DNA of 62,991 nt, filler included, from Deltaproteobacteria bacterium (GTDB lineage Bacteria > JAEEML01), in assembly GCA_016283195.1 (NCBI GenBank). It is 3 parts of 3 records of this genome, joined end to end, with 100 filler letters (N's around TTAATTAATTAA, not from the genome) between each part and the next. Parts side by side here need not be neighbours in the genome. Positions count along the whole stretch, not along the records: positions 1 to 31,823 come from JAEEML010000091.1; 2 more parts are not named here. One strand, written 5' to 3'. Every line of letters starts with the position of its first letter. Positions within the stretch are counted from its first letter, which is position 1. This document shows, piece by piece, positions 18,209-28,425 of this stretch. Both the position numbers and the translations under genes were made by a program. Under the pieces are notes generated by a model. It had not been told where the DNA came from and did no database searches. It saw only the letters and a program-made list of their open reading frames with translations.

Positions 18209-19378
18209 CTATATCCCACCACCAGTGCCCGCGTTATCGGCACTGTTTTCGGCAGGCATATTGTCCATTTGCGCTTGTGAGGCCTCAATTTGCTTTATGA
18301 GCTCCAAGGCTGCTTTGGCATCATCCTGCTTTTTACCGCCGGCGGTCAGGTACTCACCATAGAGCTTTTTGGCCTCGGCGTAATTGCGCAGCATAGTATT
18401 ATAAATTTTAGCAATATCGTAAGTGAGTTCAATATCCGGAGGGCAAATTTCCCCGGCCTGTTTTAGAGCATCAATGGCCTCCTGGCCGGCCTGCATTCCT
18501 TCCTGCGCATAGCCAAAAGCTTTATAAATCTGGCAATTATTAAGGCCGTTATCAATGGCGTTTTTCAGCGAAGAAGTAGCTTTTTCATAATCGCGGAATT
18601 TTAATGCAATAAAACCTACATTGGCATTGGCAACAGGATCAGCGGGATTTTTGGCCAGGCTCTTTCTGAAAGTTTCCAGCGCCTCGCTGTAACTGCCTTT
18701 ATTGTACTGAATAACGCCGATATTATCCAGCAAAGTGCTGTCATCCGGAGCTACAGAGAGGGCATTATTAAAAAAAGTAGTGGCCATATCCAATTTGCCC
18801 ATATCAACATAGGCCATGCCGATAATTTTCAGAGCTTCAAGGTCGTTTTGGCTTTGCATGATAATGCGCCGGGCCGTTTTAATGGCTTCCTCCGGCTCTT
18901 GCATAGCCCGTTCCAGAGTGGCTTTGCTGAGGAGGACATCGCGATCGGCAGGATGGATAGTCAGCGAATCCTGAACAGCGCTTACGGCTATTTCCGGCCG
19001 GCCGGTGTTTATAGCCGTCCTGGTTAAACCAATGAGCGCCAGGCGGTCACCGGGGCGGGCGGAGAGAAGATCACTATAGCGCTCGGCCGCTTCCTGATGC
19101 TTGCCCGCCATTTCATAGGCCAGAGCCGAGTTATAAAGAGCGTTTAAGAGGCGCGGCTCCTCTTTGTAAATGGCGGTAAACATCTCGGCAGCTTGCAAAA
19201 ATTCTTTGTTATCAAGAAGAGCCTTGGCGGCATCATATTTTTGCAAAATAGGCGGGCGAGTATCGGCCACCTGCTTAGGTGCTGCTTCCGGCTTTTTGGG
19301 GCTGCCACAAGCAGAAAGCAAACTTAAAAAAGTTAGAGAACTTATAAGCGTGAATAAATGAAAATTTAATAATTTCAT
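18209..19378 (-). CDS. gltE: TPR lipoprotein GltE/AglT (NfsE)-like
   Basis: Lipobox LSAC and many TPR repeats; start overlaps the gltD stop. Confidence 0.75.
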   Translation of the reverse strand: MKLLNFHLFTLISSLTFLSLLSACGSPKKPEAAPKQVADTRPPILQKYDAAKALLDNKEFLQAAEMFTAIYKEEPRLLNALYNSALAYEMAGKHQEAAERYSDLLSARPGDRLALIGLTRTAINTGRPEIAVSAVQDSLTIHPADRDVLLSKATLERAMQEPEEAIKTARRIIMQSQNDLEALKIIGMAYVDMGKLDMATTFFNNALSVAPDDSTLLDNIGVIQYNKGSYSEALETFRKSLAKNPADPVANANVGFIALKFRDYEKATSSLKNAIDNGLNNCQIYKAFGYAQEGMQAGQEAIDALKQAGEICPPDIELTYDIAKIYNTMLRNYAEAKKLYGEYLTAGGKKQDDAKAALELIKQIEASQAQMDNMPAENSADNAGTGGGI

Positions 19379-22300
19379 AAAGCTGCTCCGCTATTTTCTG
19401 AGTTCTCTGCCGGTGCCGGCTGTAATTCTTCATAGGGAATGGGGTCGGGCGGTATAGCTTTGGGCAAATTAGAAACCGGTTCGCTGGAAAGCAAGGTAAA
19501 AGAACGCTGCTCCGGAAAACGATTTACATCAAATTCACTAAGCGCGGCCTGGGTTTTAATGGTCCATTCGGTGTAAAGCCCCAGCTCAAAGGATTTGCTG
19601 TTTGCCATTTCGTAGGCCTCAATGGCCTTTTCGTCCAGCGGGAAGGTTTGTTCCTCCAGAGCGGCAAGGTATATCTCCTGCTGATCTTCGGTGAGATTAG
19701 GTGGCACGGGAGCCTCTTTTAAGGTACTTGAAAAATTACTGTTTATAGCGCCAATGCGGTAAAGTGAAGCAATGGCCATAGCTCCGTCGCCAAGGCCTAA
19801 AATAGCGGTGTATTCTTTTTCCAGCTCGCTTAATTTGGCCATTTTGCTTTCCAGCTGGCGATTCATTTGGGCCAGAGTCAGCTTGATATTTTTATAAGCG
19901 TTGTACTGCGGCTCTGTTAAGGCAAAACGGGCTCTCGCTATAGAGCTTACTGCTTCGGGGTCGCGTTTGGCATTGTCCGGCAGGCGGTTGTAGCGGGCAA
20001 CAATATCGCTATATACTTTATTGGCGGTATTTTTGCCTGCCTGGCCGTTTTCTTCTAAGGCTTCGGCCATTTTCAGGCGTGAGTAAAGGATGCGTGCCGG
20101 GCTGACTTTATTGCGGAATTTAGCTTCGTAGCCGTCAAAGTGAGCTGCCGCTTTGGCCCATTCTTTGTTTTTGCTGTAAAGAGTGCCGATGCGCCAATAT
20201 ATTTGGGCGGCATCCTGCGCCGAGGCGGCGGTGGTTAAATAGTTGTTATAATCGGCGATGGCCGCTTTGAGTTCGCCGAGACCCTGGCGGAAAAGGGCGG
20301 CATTATAAATGGCATCAGCTGCCTCTTCGGCCTCTTTGTAATTCTTGAAGAAGAGCTCGTATTGCTCGGCTGCTTCAGGGAACATGGCCACCCGCTCATA
20401 GAGTTTAGCTAGGCCGAAAAGTGTCATGCGGCGGATTTGAGTAGGGCTTACAGCTTGGGCCGCTTCATTGTCTTTAGTGGAAAAATTATTGAAATCTTTT
20501 AATAATTTGTTGCTCTCCACGATGGCTCTGTCGAGCTTTTGGGCTTTGTCATAGTAAATAATGGAATTGTAAAGCGCGATTATGGCAAAGGAGCCTTTGC
20601 TAAAGCGCGAAACATATTTTTGGTAAGCTTCAGCTGTGGCCAAAGCATCACCTCTGGGCTCGATAACTGTTTGAATTTCCTTAAAAGCTGCACCTTCCAG
20701 CATGGTATTAACCGTTTTGGCAAACTTGCTATCGGCCATCAGCACTTTGTTTTCGGCAAATTTTTCGGCCCAAACTCGTAGCGAGCTCCATTCTTCTCTA
20801 ATGTTATAGGATTCCAAAATATGCTCGGCACCCAGGCGGGCCAGCGGATCTTTGGGCCAATTATCAATAATCTCGCCAAAGCGGGTGGAAGCGGCATCAA
20901 ATTGATTGGCTACATAATAAATACGGGCACTTTTATATTTTACTTTAACCACTTCCTCGTCATCCGGAGCTACTTTTACAAAACGGTCGTAGGCATTGGC
21001 CAGGCTCTGTTCGGCTGCTGTTAGCTCTATGACCTCGTATTTCTTGCCTTTTTCCAGCTTGTCCACTTTTTCTACTTTACGCATATTGCCCTTTTTGGCT
21101 TTTTCGTCAATGCGTCCTGAGGCCTCTTCCTTGGCCCCTTCTACCACCTTCTCATAGCTCAAAATGGCATTATAAGCGGCCAGTTTGGCAAATTCGCCGG
21201 CGGCATCCTGCTCTACCACTTTGTCGTATTGCGGAGCGGCAGCGGCAAATTCCTTTAAAGCATAGAGAATTTCGGCATAGAGAAAGCGCATTCTGTAAGC
21301 CGATTCGGCTTCATAGAAGTAATCCAAATATTCGGCATATAAATCGCGGGCCAGTTGGTATGTGGCGACGTTTTTGAATTTTTGAGCATCGCGATGGTAT
21401 TCTTCCACCAGGTTGCGCAGGGCTTCTTCGGTGAGTTCGTAAGCTGCGGCAATGGCAATTTGGTTATCCTTGTTCGCCACGGCCCAAGGAGATTGCGGGC
21501 GATAAAGGTCAATTAAGCGGCGCACCTCTTTGCGCACGTTGTCCGGCTGCTCAAGCTGGGCATAAGCACGCACAATATTTGATTGATTTTCCGGCGCCTT
21601 GGGATGGTTGGGATAAATATCATTGATATCTTTTAGCGTAGAGAGCTCTAAATTCCACTTGCCTTGATCATTAAATAAAGCCGCCAATTTGCTGATAAAA
21701 CGCTGCGTTGTATCGCCATCGACTTTGCTTTGATAATAGCTAATGGCCTCCTTATATTCATCAAGGCGGCTATAAATCATCGTCATATCAGAGAGGGCCT
21801 CTTCGCGTAGCTGAATGCGATCGTTCTCGGCAATGCCGCCTTCCACATTTTCATTGCCTTTTTGCGTGTCGGAGTATTCCACTACCTTTTTCATTTTGGT
21901 GAGAGAAGAGGCATAATCTTTGTAATTGAAATCGCACCAGGCCAATTTATAGACAGCGTAAGAGTAAATTTTGGGTTTATTAGTTTTTAATGCCTGCTCA
22001 TAGGCTTCTTTTGCCGGGTCTAACTGGTTGTTATTAAAGTAATGATCGCCGATTTGTAAATAGGCGTCGGCCACATTTTTGGATTGCGGAAAGCGCTCAA
22101 TGAGCGATTTATACATCGCCAGCGCCTTTTCCTGATTGCCGCTTTCATAAAGGTTAAAGGCCATGACATAGAGAACTTCATCAGTGCGCTCATAACCTTC
22201 ATAATTATCTAAAATTTCTTGATAAAGGGCGAGAGCTTTGTCTTTATAGGTTTTACTTTGGCTCTCATCTATGACCGGCTGCGGGCCGCTGGCTCCGGCA

Positions 22301-22650
22301 TCGAACCAGGCTTTATAGGCCTCGTTGTAATTTTGCATAGCTTGAAAATAAAAATACTTTTGGCTTTCCCAATAAAGCTCGGCCAAACGAAAGGTGAGGT
22401 CGGCTTTTTGCATGCCGCTGAAATTCTCCATTAAAGTACTGAGGCGTTCAATAGCTTCCTGTCTTTTGGCTTGGGCCAAAGAGTTCATTTGACTTTGGCG
22501 CATATCGCGGTCGCTAATTTTTAAAGCGGCCGGCCCCTGACGCCCCTCTTCTTGGTTTTGCTGGGTGGCGGCTTTAGCCGGGGCCTTTTTTTGCGCAAAA
22601 GCCGGAAAAGCCATCAAAGATAACGCAAGAAAAACTAATACTTTTTGCAT
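19375..22650 (-). CDS. gltD: Large TPR protein GltD/AgmU (NfsD)-like
   Basis: 1091 aa; FRLAELYWE, YKLAWC, RFLYAEILY and IASLYRIG...APVPPNLTEDQQEIY..ALEEQ..P...KAI motifs. Confidence 0.85.
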   Translation of the reverse strand: MQKVLVFLALSLMAFPAFAQKKAPAKAATQQNQEEGRQGPAALKISDRDMRQSQMNSLAQAKRQEAIERLSTLMENFSGMQKADLTFRLAELYWESQKYFYFQAMQNYNEAYKAWFDAGASGPQPVIDESQSKTYKDKALALYQEILDNYEGYERTDEVLYVMAFNLYESGNQEKALAMYKSLIERFPQSKNVADAYLQIGDHYFNNNQLDPAKEAYEQALKTNKPKIYSYAVYKLAWCDFNYKDYASSLTKMKKVVEYSDTQKGNENVEGGIAENDRIQLREEALSDMTMIYSRLDEYKEAISYYQSKVDGDTTQRFISKLAALFNDQGKWNLELSTLKDINDIYPNHPKAPENQSNIVRAYAQLEQPDNVRKEVRRLIDLYRPQSPWAVANKDNQIAIAAAYELTEEALRNLVEEYHRDAQKFKNVATYQLARDLYAEYLDYFYEAESAYRMRFLYAEILYALKEFAAAAPQYDKVVEQDAAGEFAKLAAYNAILSYEKVVEGAKEEASGRIDEKAKKGNMRKVEKVDKLEKGKKYEVIELTAAEQSLANAYDRFVKVAPDDEEVVKVKYKSARIYYVANQFDAASTRFGEIIDNWPKDPLARLGAEHILESYNIREEWSSLRVWAEKFAENKVLMADSKFAKTVNTMLEGAAFKEIQTVIEPRGDALATAEAYQKYVSRFSKGSFAIIALYNSIIYYDKAQKLDRAIVESNKLLKDFNNFSTKDNEAAQAVSPTQIRRMTLFGLAKLYERVAMFPEAAEQYELFFKNYKEAEEAADAIYNAALFRQGLGELKAAIADYNNYLTTAASAQDAAQIYWRIGTLYSKNKEWAKAAAHFDGYEAKFRNKVSPARILYSRLKMAEALEENGQAGKNTANKVYSDIVARYNRLPDNAKRDPEAVSSIARARFALTEPQYNAYKNIKLTLAQMNRQLESKMAKLSELEKEYTAILGLGDGAMAIASLYRIGAINSNFSSTLKEAPVPPNLTEDQQEIYLAALEEQTFPLDEKAIEAYEMANSKSFELGLYTEWTIKTQAALSEFDVNRFPEQRSFTLLSSEPVSNLPKAIPPDPIPYEELQPAPAENSENSGAAL

Positions 22651-22686
22651 AATTGCCTCATTATGAAGCGGTTATAAAATAAATAT

Positions 22687-24201
22687 CTACATGCCTTCAA
22701 TACATTCGCTTTTTACCGAATGGACATAATAACCGAGTTCATCGAGCCAATGTTCGGAACTGTTGTTCCAATGTTGCCATTGGTCGGAGGGAATATCGGG
22801 GCGGGGCAGACGGGCACGCCGGCCTTTGATAATATTCTGCCCGGCTTCCAGCCAGCGCTTTTCGGTATCAATCACTTCAAATTCAATAATATCTGCTTGA
22901 TTTAAAAGATTTTTTAGAGAATTGCGCTGAAATTCCAATTGCGACCTAGTCCAAATGCCGATGCTGGCGCCTAAATCTTGCTGATGTTGCAAAATGAGCG
23001 AATGAATATCGCGCAAAAGCTGGCTACCGGTCCACATGGACTTGGCTTTGGCTGCCTCATCCTCCCAGGCCAGGTGAGTGAGCAGGTGGTGAAAATCCAA
23101 AAAGCGCTGGCTACGGCGCACGGCAATAGCCACATTAGGGGCAAATTTGTGATTACCGGTGGCCACAACATCGTTATAATAGCCGGAAAGATCCTGCGGG
23201 GTATTTAGGTAAGTGTTTAAATTATCGAGAATCGGTTGGTATTCATTTTTAAAAGCGCTCAAAGTGCTGCGGACCCGGTCCCATTGACAGTTGATGTAAT
23301 AAGTAGTGGCCTGGATGATACGCGGCTCCGGCATTAAATGCTTATTAAAATAAGGAGTTAAGAGTGATTGCAATTGCCCTAGGGCGTGGCCGGGATCCTC
23401 GAGCTGAAAATAGGCCCAAGCACTTTCGGAGAGCGCTTCGTACCACATGGAATCAAAGCGGGGAATTTTATTATACCAATCAACGGATTCTTGGTAGCGG
23501 CCGCTACCGTAGAGAGTGCGGCCCATGCCCAAAGTGGCCAGTTGCCAAATGCGGTGAAGCTCCCAATCTTCGGCGGTTTTGTCTTTAAGTTCCTCGGAAA
23601 TGGCTTGGAAAAGTTCGAGAGTCCGCTGAGTATCCCCTTTTTGCAAGGCAATAAGAGCCAGAATATAACGAGCCTGATGAAAACGCAGGCCGGCCTTGCT
23701 TTTTACCGCAGCCAAAAACTGGGCCGCTTCGTCATATTTGCCCTGGCGGTAAGTCATTGAACCAATTAAATAATTTATTTCATTGATATTTTCCATCGGC
23801 AGGCGACTAAAGGCCTGGCCGTTATAGCCCTGATTGATGAGTGAGGGGATAAGAAAATTATCCCGCAATTTAGTGCGCACTGCCAAAAGGCCCTGGATGG
23901 CATTTAAATAATAGCGATGGTGCGGGCCAGCTTTAAAAATCTCGGCATAAAAATAATAAGCCGGCAGATAAATCTCTAATTTATTAAGAGATTCCGCCAA
24001 ATAAATCTCTGCTTGCTCGCGGTTATCAGGGTTAATGGTATTGATAAAAACATCGTAAAAACCAAGGGCGGCCGCTTCATAATTGCCGCTCCTGTAGTAG
24101 GCCAGGGCATTATCGACCGATTGTGCTTTAAGCTGGGCCGGACCCAGGCAGGCGGCAATCACAATGAGGCCAACTAATTTATTTATCATCTGTTTCATCA
24201 T
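22687..24201 (-). CDS. gltC: Periplasmic TPR protein GltC (NfsC)-like
   Basis: Signal peptide; EAL.ESAWAYF...HALGQL.SL..PYF; C-terminal HW.DELGYY...VKSEC. Confidence 0.8.
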   Translation of the reverse strand: MMKQMINKLVGLIVIAACLGPAQLKAQSVDNALAYYRSGNYEAAALGFYDVFINTINPDNREQAEIYLAESLNKLEIYLPAYYFYAEIFKAGPHHRYYLNAIQGLLAVRTKLRDNFLIPSLINQGYNGQAFSRLPMENINEINYLIGSMTYRQGKYDEAAQFLAAVKSKAGLRFHQARYILALIALQKGDTQRTLELFQAISEELKDKTAEDWELHRIWQLATLGMGRTLYGSGRYQESVDWYNKIPRFDSMWYEALSESAWAYFQLEDPGHALGQLQSLLTPYFNKHLMPEPRIIQATTYYINCQWDRVRSTLSAFKNEYQPILDNLNTYLNTPQDLSGYYNDVVATGNHKFAPNVAIAVRRSQRFLDFHHLLTHLAWEDEAAKAKSMWTGSQLLRDIHSLILQHQQDLGASIGIWTRSQLEFQRNSLKNLLNQADIIEFEVIDTEKRWLEAGQNIIKGRRARLPRPDIPSDQWQHWNNSSEHWLDELGYYVHSVKSECIEGM

Positions 24202-24214
24202 GCTCTCCGCTAGA

Positions 24215-24973
24215 TCACAAGAGGAAGCTAAGGCCGAGGAACACAGCCAAATTATTATTTATTTTGGTAGTTGTTTCGCCAAGGTTATCAACTTTATCGG
24301 CATATACTATATCTCTTAATTCCAGGCGCACACCGAGCCAGTTTTTGAAGAAAATACGCATACCTATGGAAAAGTCACCGGCCAGTTTAAAGCGGTCGGC
24401 CTTATTTTCCGGCACCTGAATGCCAAAAGAAAAGCGTTCCGGGCTATCTTTATCAATGACTTTACAAGTATTTACGCCGGTTTTGGAAGTGAGGCAGGGC
24501 TCTCTGGTTTCGGCAATGCCCATGCCGGCGCCAACGTAAAAATCAAAATCGCCCAGCACTCCGGGAACCAGGCGCAATTTGCCGTAAAAAGGTGACCATT
24601 GAAAACCAAAAGTGGTGTACCAGGTCATTTGCTTTAAATCGGCCATGGTGGGGGCCAGGCTTTCAAAGCGGTTTAGCTCCTCAACCAGGTTGGAATAGTA
24701 ATTCCAGGCCCAGCCGCCGGAAAGTTCCAAAGCAAAATTTTCGCGGATGTGATAGGCGAGTGAGAGCGACGGGCCTATAAAACCGGTAAAACGGGTATTG
24801 GTTTTAGCCATAAAAATTGGGCTTATTTCAAACTTTCCCCGTTTGGAATAGGCGCGTTCCTGCACAACATAGATGGACTCATCCTTGTCGGCGGCCAGAG
24901 CGGCGGCGCTACTAAATAGGGTAACAAAGAAGAGCGACAGGCTGATTAAACGGCGTAAACGTGACATTCTCAT
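24215..24973 (-). CDS. Outer-membrane beta-barrel domain protein, GltA/GltB (NfsA/B) family
   Basis: IYVVQERAYSKRGKFEISP, QWSPFYGKL, DFYVGAG and LELRD motifs; C-terminal LSFLL. Confidence 0.8.
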   Translation of the reverse strand: MRMSRLRRLISLSLFFVTLFSSAAALAADKDESIYVVQERAYSKRGKFEISPIFMAKTNTRFTGFIGPSLSLAYHIRENFALELSGGWAWNYYSNLVEELNRFESLAPTMADLKQMTWYTTFGFQWSPFYGKLRLVPGVLGDFDFYVGAGMGIAETREPCLTSKTGVNTCKVIDKDSPERFSFGIQVPENKADRFKLAGDFSIGMRIFFKNWLGVRLELRDIVYADKVDNLGETTTKINNNLAVFLGLSFLL

Positions 24974-24995
24974 GATCCTTTAACGCTCCATATAC

Positions 24996-25745
24996 CTAAA
25001 ATGGGAAGAAACTTAAACCGATATGAAACATATGATTCATGGTTAAGTAAGTGTAATCAGGTGTTTTTTTGGTTTTGTCGTTGTTGCTTTTCCATTTGCC
25101 GAAATAGTCGATATCGCGATATTCCATGCGGATCGCCATCCAGCTGGTGAGATAAATACGGCCGCCGGCGCCCCACTGAAAGTTGAATTTCACGCCGTCG
25201 GAAACTTTCTCCCCGGTATATTCTATGTGGCGGGCTCCATTGGCTCCGGCACCGAGTAAAAAGTAAATATTTCCGCTAATTGCCAGCTCACTCACCAGGT
25301 TTATTTTACCATAAATAGGCGTCCATAAAAAAACGGCATCGGCAATCCAAGTCATCATTTGTAAATCGGGAAAGTTGGGATTGCGCCCCCCGCCGTTGGC
25401 ATTGATTTTATTTTGTACTGTAGCCATGATCGGATCATGTTTGCCAACCATGATGCCGCCATATAATTCTAAAGCGAAACTATCATGAAAATGGTAACCG
25501 ATAGTGCCAACAAAACCTTTATGTTTTGCATACTTACTAACCATAGATGTAGTAAAATCCAACCCCAGTTCGAGGCGCTTTTGCGTGGGGTGGGCCTTAT
25601 CCAAGAGAGTTGGTTTGATGGCAAAATCGGCATCGTTAAAGGGATCCTGTTCGTATTCTTTGGCTGAGGCATTTTGAATAAGAAGCAGAGATGTTATGAA
25701 TACTTGCAAGAATAAACGCGGTTTCACGGTAAGTCCTCCGGACAC
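24996..25745 (-). CDS. Outer-membrane beta-barrel domain protein, GltA/GltB (NfsA/B) family
   Basis: RLELG, WTPIYGKINL, YFLLGAG and RMEYRD motifs; C-terminal LSFFPF; paralog of the neighbouring gene. Confidence 0.8.
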   Translation of the reverse strand: MSGGLTVKPRLFLQVFITSLLLIQNASAKEYEQDPFNDADFAIKPTLLDKAHPTQKRLELGLDFTTSMVSKYAKHKGFVGTIGYHFHDSFALELYGGIMVGKHDPIMATVQNKINANGGGRNPNFPDLQMMTWIADAVFLWTPIYGKINLVSELAISGNIYFLLGAGANGARHIEYTGEKVSDGVKFNFQWGAGGRIYLTSWMAIRMEYRDIDYFGKWKSNNDKTKKTPDYTYLTMNHMFHIGLSFFPF

Positions 25746-25809
25746 TTCACGAGAGTGCGCATAGAAGGATTAACATATAGACTTAGCTTAGACAATCGGA
25801 AACTTTTAT

Positions 25810-26493
25810 TCATAGTAAATTTAGGAGTGCTTTTTGTGCTGCGGGTAAATCATCAAAAGCTAAATCCGGCTCGAAAGCCCAAAGCTCTTTTGCCGTGTAG
25901 CGCCCATTGGCAATAGCGCAAACTTTGGCTCCGATGGCCCGGCCGGCTTTAATATCCAGCGGAGTGTCGCCAACTACCCAAAATTCGCCGATGGGCGCCT
26001 CACCGGCTATGGCTAATGCGCGCTGACAGGCGATTTGGAGCACTTTGCCTCGGTCTTCGTCATCATCGCCATAGCCGCCAAAGGTGAAGTAAGAGGCGAG
26101 CTCCGATTTTTCCATTTTAAGCTGGGCGCCTCTTTGCATATTGCCGGTACCGAGGCCCAAAAGAGCGCCATTATTTTTTAGTGCCGCCAGGAGTTCATAA
26201 GCTCCCGGAAAAACCGTCATGGCCTCCGGCAGAATGAGCCTATTTTCTAAATTTGCTAAATATTTAGCGGAGATGGCCGCAAATATGGCTTGTGTTTCCG
26301 CTATTTTGAATAAAGCCAGAGCCTCGCGGATGATGGAAAGATCGGTGCGCCCGGCCATTTCCAGATAGAGCCTGGAAGTGTCGGCGCCGCAGCATTCGCC
26401 AAGCGCTTTGGTGAGGGCCTCCCGCCCGTGGTGGTGCACAGTCAAAAGTGTGCCGTCTATATCAAACAAAAAGGCGACTTTGCCTAAGCTCAT
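25810..26493 (-). CDS. HAD family hydrolase (phosphoglycolate phosphatase-like)
   Basis: LFDIDGTL, GRTD, TGN and VVGDTPLD motifs. Confidence 0.88.
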   Translation of the reverse strand: MSLGKVAFLFDIDGTLLTVHHHGREALTKALGECCGADTSRLYLEMAGRTDLSIIREALALFKIAETQAIFAAISAKYLANLENRLILPEAMTVFPGAYELLAALKNNGALLGLGTGNMQRGAQLKMEKSELASYFTFGGYGDDDEDRGKVLQIACQRALAIAGEAPIGEFWVVGDTPLDIKAGRAIGAKVCAIANGRYTAKELWAFEPDLAFDDLPAAQKALLNLL

Positions 26494-27422
26494 GTCAGCT
26501 CCAGATAGCGCTTTTCCAAACTTTCGCCCATTTTTAGGCCCAAGATGGTGGCGCTCATTTTTATGAGTTCGCCCAGAACTTTTCGTGTCAGTTCATCGAG
26601 CGAGATAGCTGTTTCGCCGCTTTTTTGGCAGAAAAGCTCGCATTTTTCTTTATCCCAGTTAAGTGTGGCTTCCGGCAGAGCGGCTTTTAGCTTTTCCAAG
26701 TTTGGCTCTTTGCCCAGGGTGATGATAAAATGCTCACCGCGCCGGCAGAGATCGCTAACGGTGCCAAAGGCTGTGAGTTTGCCATGATCGATAATGGCAA
26801 CGTGTGAACATATTTCCTGTATTTCCGCTAAATTATGTGACGCGATAACCACAGTGCACTTACCGGCCAGCGCGGAGATTATTTGGCGCACAGCTTGGGC
26901 GTTGCGCGGGTCCAGGCCGCCGGTAGGTTCGTCTAAGAGCACTACCTCCGGGCTGCCTAGGAGGGAGCTTGCGAGGGCTACCCTGCGGGCCATGCCATGG
27001 CTCATGGATTTGCCGGATTGCCCGGCTGCTTCGGTTAGGCCGACCAGGTTCAGTACGCGCTTTACCTCGGCGGTGAGTTTTTCGCCTGTTAGCCCCTGCA
27101 GTGAGCCCAAATAGGCTAAAAAGGCTCTTATGGTGGTGCTGGGCGGCAAAATGGCATCCTGCGGCAAAGCCAGCACGCGGCCGTGCAATAGTGATTCGCT
27201 GCCCGGTTTATGGCCAAAGATGGTTACTGAGCCGCCACTGGGCTTTAAGTAGCCGCAAAGAATACGGAAAGTGGTGGTTTTGCCGGCGCCGTTGGGGCCT
27301 AAAAGGCCACACACTGCCCCGCGGGGAATGGCAAAGGTGATATCAGAAATGGCATTTATAGAACCATAATTTTTGCACAACTTATTGAAAACAATAGCTT
27401 CTTCGCTCATTTTGTACCTCAA
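26490..27422 (-). CDS. ABC-2 type transporter ATP-binding protein
   Basis: GPNGAGKTT, MSHGM signature, LLDEPTGGLD and SH motifs. Confidence 0.92.
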   Translation of the reverse strand: MRYKMSEEAIVFNKLCKNYGSINAISDITFAIPRGAVCGLLGPNGAGKTTTFRILCGYLKPSGGSVTIFGHKPGSESLLHGRVLALPQDAILPPSTTIRAFLAYLGSLQGLTGEKLTAEVKRVLNLVGLTEAAGQSGKSMSHGMARRVALASSLLGSPEVVLLDEPTGGLDPRNAQAVRQIISALAGKCTVVIASHNLAEIQEICSHVAIIDHGKLTAFGTVSDLCRRGEHFIITLGKEPNLEKLKAALPEATLNWDKEKCELFCQKSGETAISLDELTRKVLGELIKMSATILGLKMGESLEKRYLELT

Positions 27423-28396
27423 ATGTTTTTCTTCTCAATAAGCAAAACGCCAAGAGCGGTAAAGGCCAAAGCAAAGAGGCTGTATATGCCCATACACTGT
27501 AAAAGGCCGCTTATACCGGGATGCCAGAGCCATTTTTCATAGTGCCCCGGTGTGAGATAACTAAGGGCATGGCATATTGTGCCAAAAGCATTGTCTATCT
27601 CGGCATTGCCCAAAAGATTTATTAGCCAGAGGCCGGTAAGCAGGGCAAAGCAGGTAAAAAGGGCGGTAAAATGCGATTTCGACAAACCGGAAGCCAAGGC
27701 GATAACCGCCATATAAGTTAGCGTGAAGGGCATGATTAGCAGCATGGTTTTTAAGCCGAATTTTACGGCCGAAGCCACATCGAAGGCTGGTAAAAGCCAC
27801 CAGCCGGTAGCGATGATGACGAACAGCATGAGTAAAGTAAGGCTCCAAATCAAAATCGTATGGGCCGATAGTTTGCCGATATACCAAGTGCGGCGGCTGA
27901 TGCGCAGGAGGGGAAAACTGGCGGTGCGATGCTGTAACTCACTGGAAATCATATCAAAACTCAGTATGGCACCCAAGAAAGGCAAGAGCATTATAAAAAA
28001 CCAAAGGGCACCCAGCATGAGCGGAGGGACAGGCAAAAGTTCGTTATATAATTGGCAAACGCTCTTATCACAGGCCGAAAGGGTGATAGTAGCATCGGTA
28101 CAAGCGGCAGCACTATCAATGAGCACTTCACAGTCGCTGATGTGTTTTACCACAAAAAAAACCGATGATTTATATGATTCATCAAGTGAAGTGGCCACTC
28201 CAAAGCTCCCCAAAACTCCGCCGGCCTGGGCTCCAACCTGCATGGCTGTTGTCTTTACTTCGCGGGCAATAATAGAATAGACAAAAGTGCCGATGAGGCC
28301 GATGGCGATGAAAAGAATACTGTTTAGCCAAATGCGGGTGGATGACAAATGGAGGCTAAATTCAAATTTTACAACGCGCAAAATATCTTTGAACAT
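27419..28396 (-). CDS. ABC-2 type transporter permease
   Basis: Six TM segments and DMISSELQHRT..F.LLRISR...YIGK; overlaps the ATPase start. Confidence 0.82.
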   Translation of the reverse strand: MFKDILRVVKFEFSLHLSSTRIWLNSILFIAIGLIGTFVYSIIAREVKTTAMQVGAQAGGVLGSFGVATSLDESYKSSVFFVVKHISDCEVLIDSAAACTDATITLSACDKSVCQLYNELLPVPPLMLGALWFFIMLLPFLGAILSFDMISSELQHRTASFPLLRISRRTWYIGKLSAHTILIWSLTLLMLFVIIATGWWLLPAFDVASAVKFGLKTMLLIMPFTLTYMAVIALASGLSKSHFTALFTCFALLTGLWLINLLGNAEIDNAFGTICHALSYLTPGHYEKWLWHPGISGLLQCMGIYSLFALAFTALGVLLIEKKNI

Positions 28397-28425
28397 AGTT
28401 AATACCTTAATATTACAAGAAAAAT

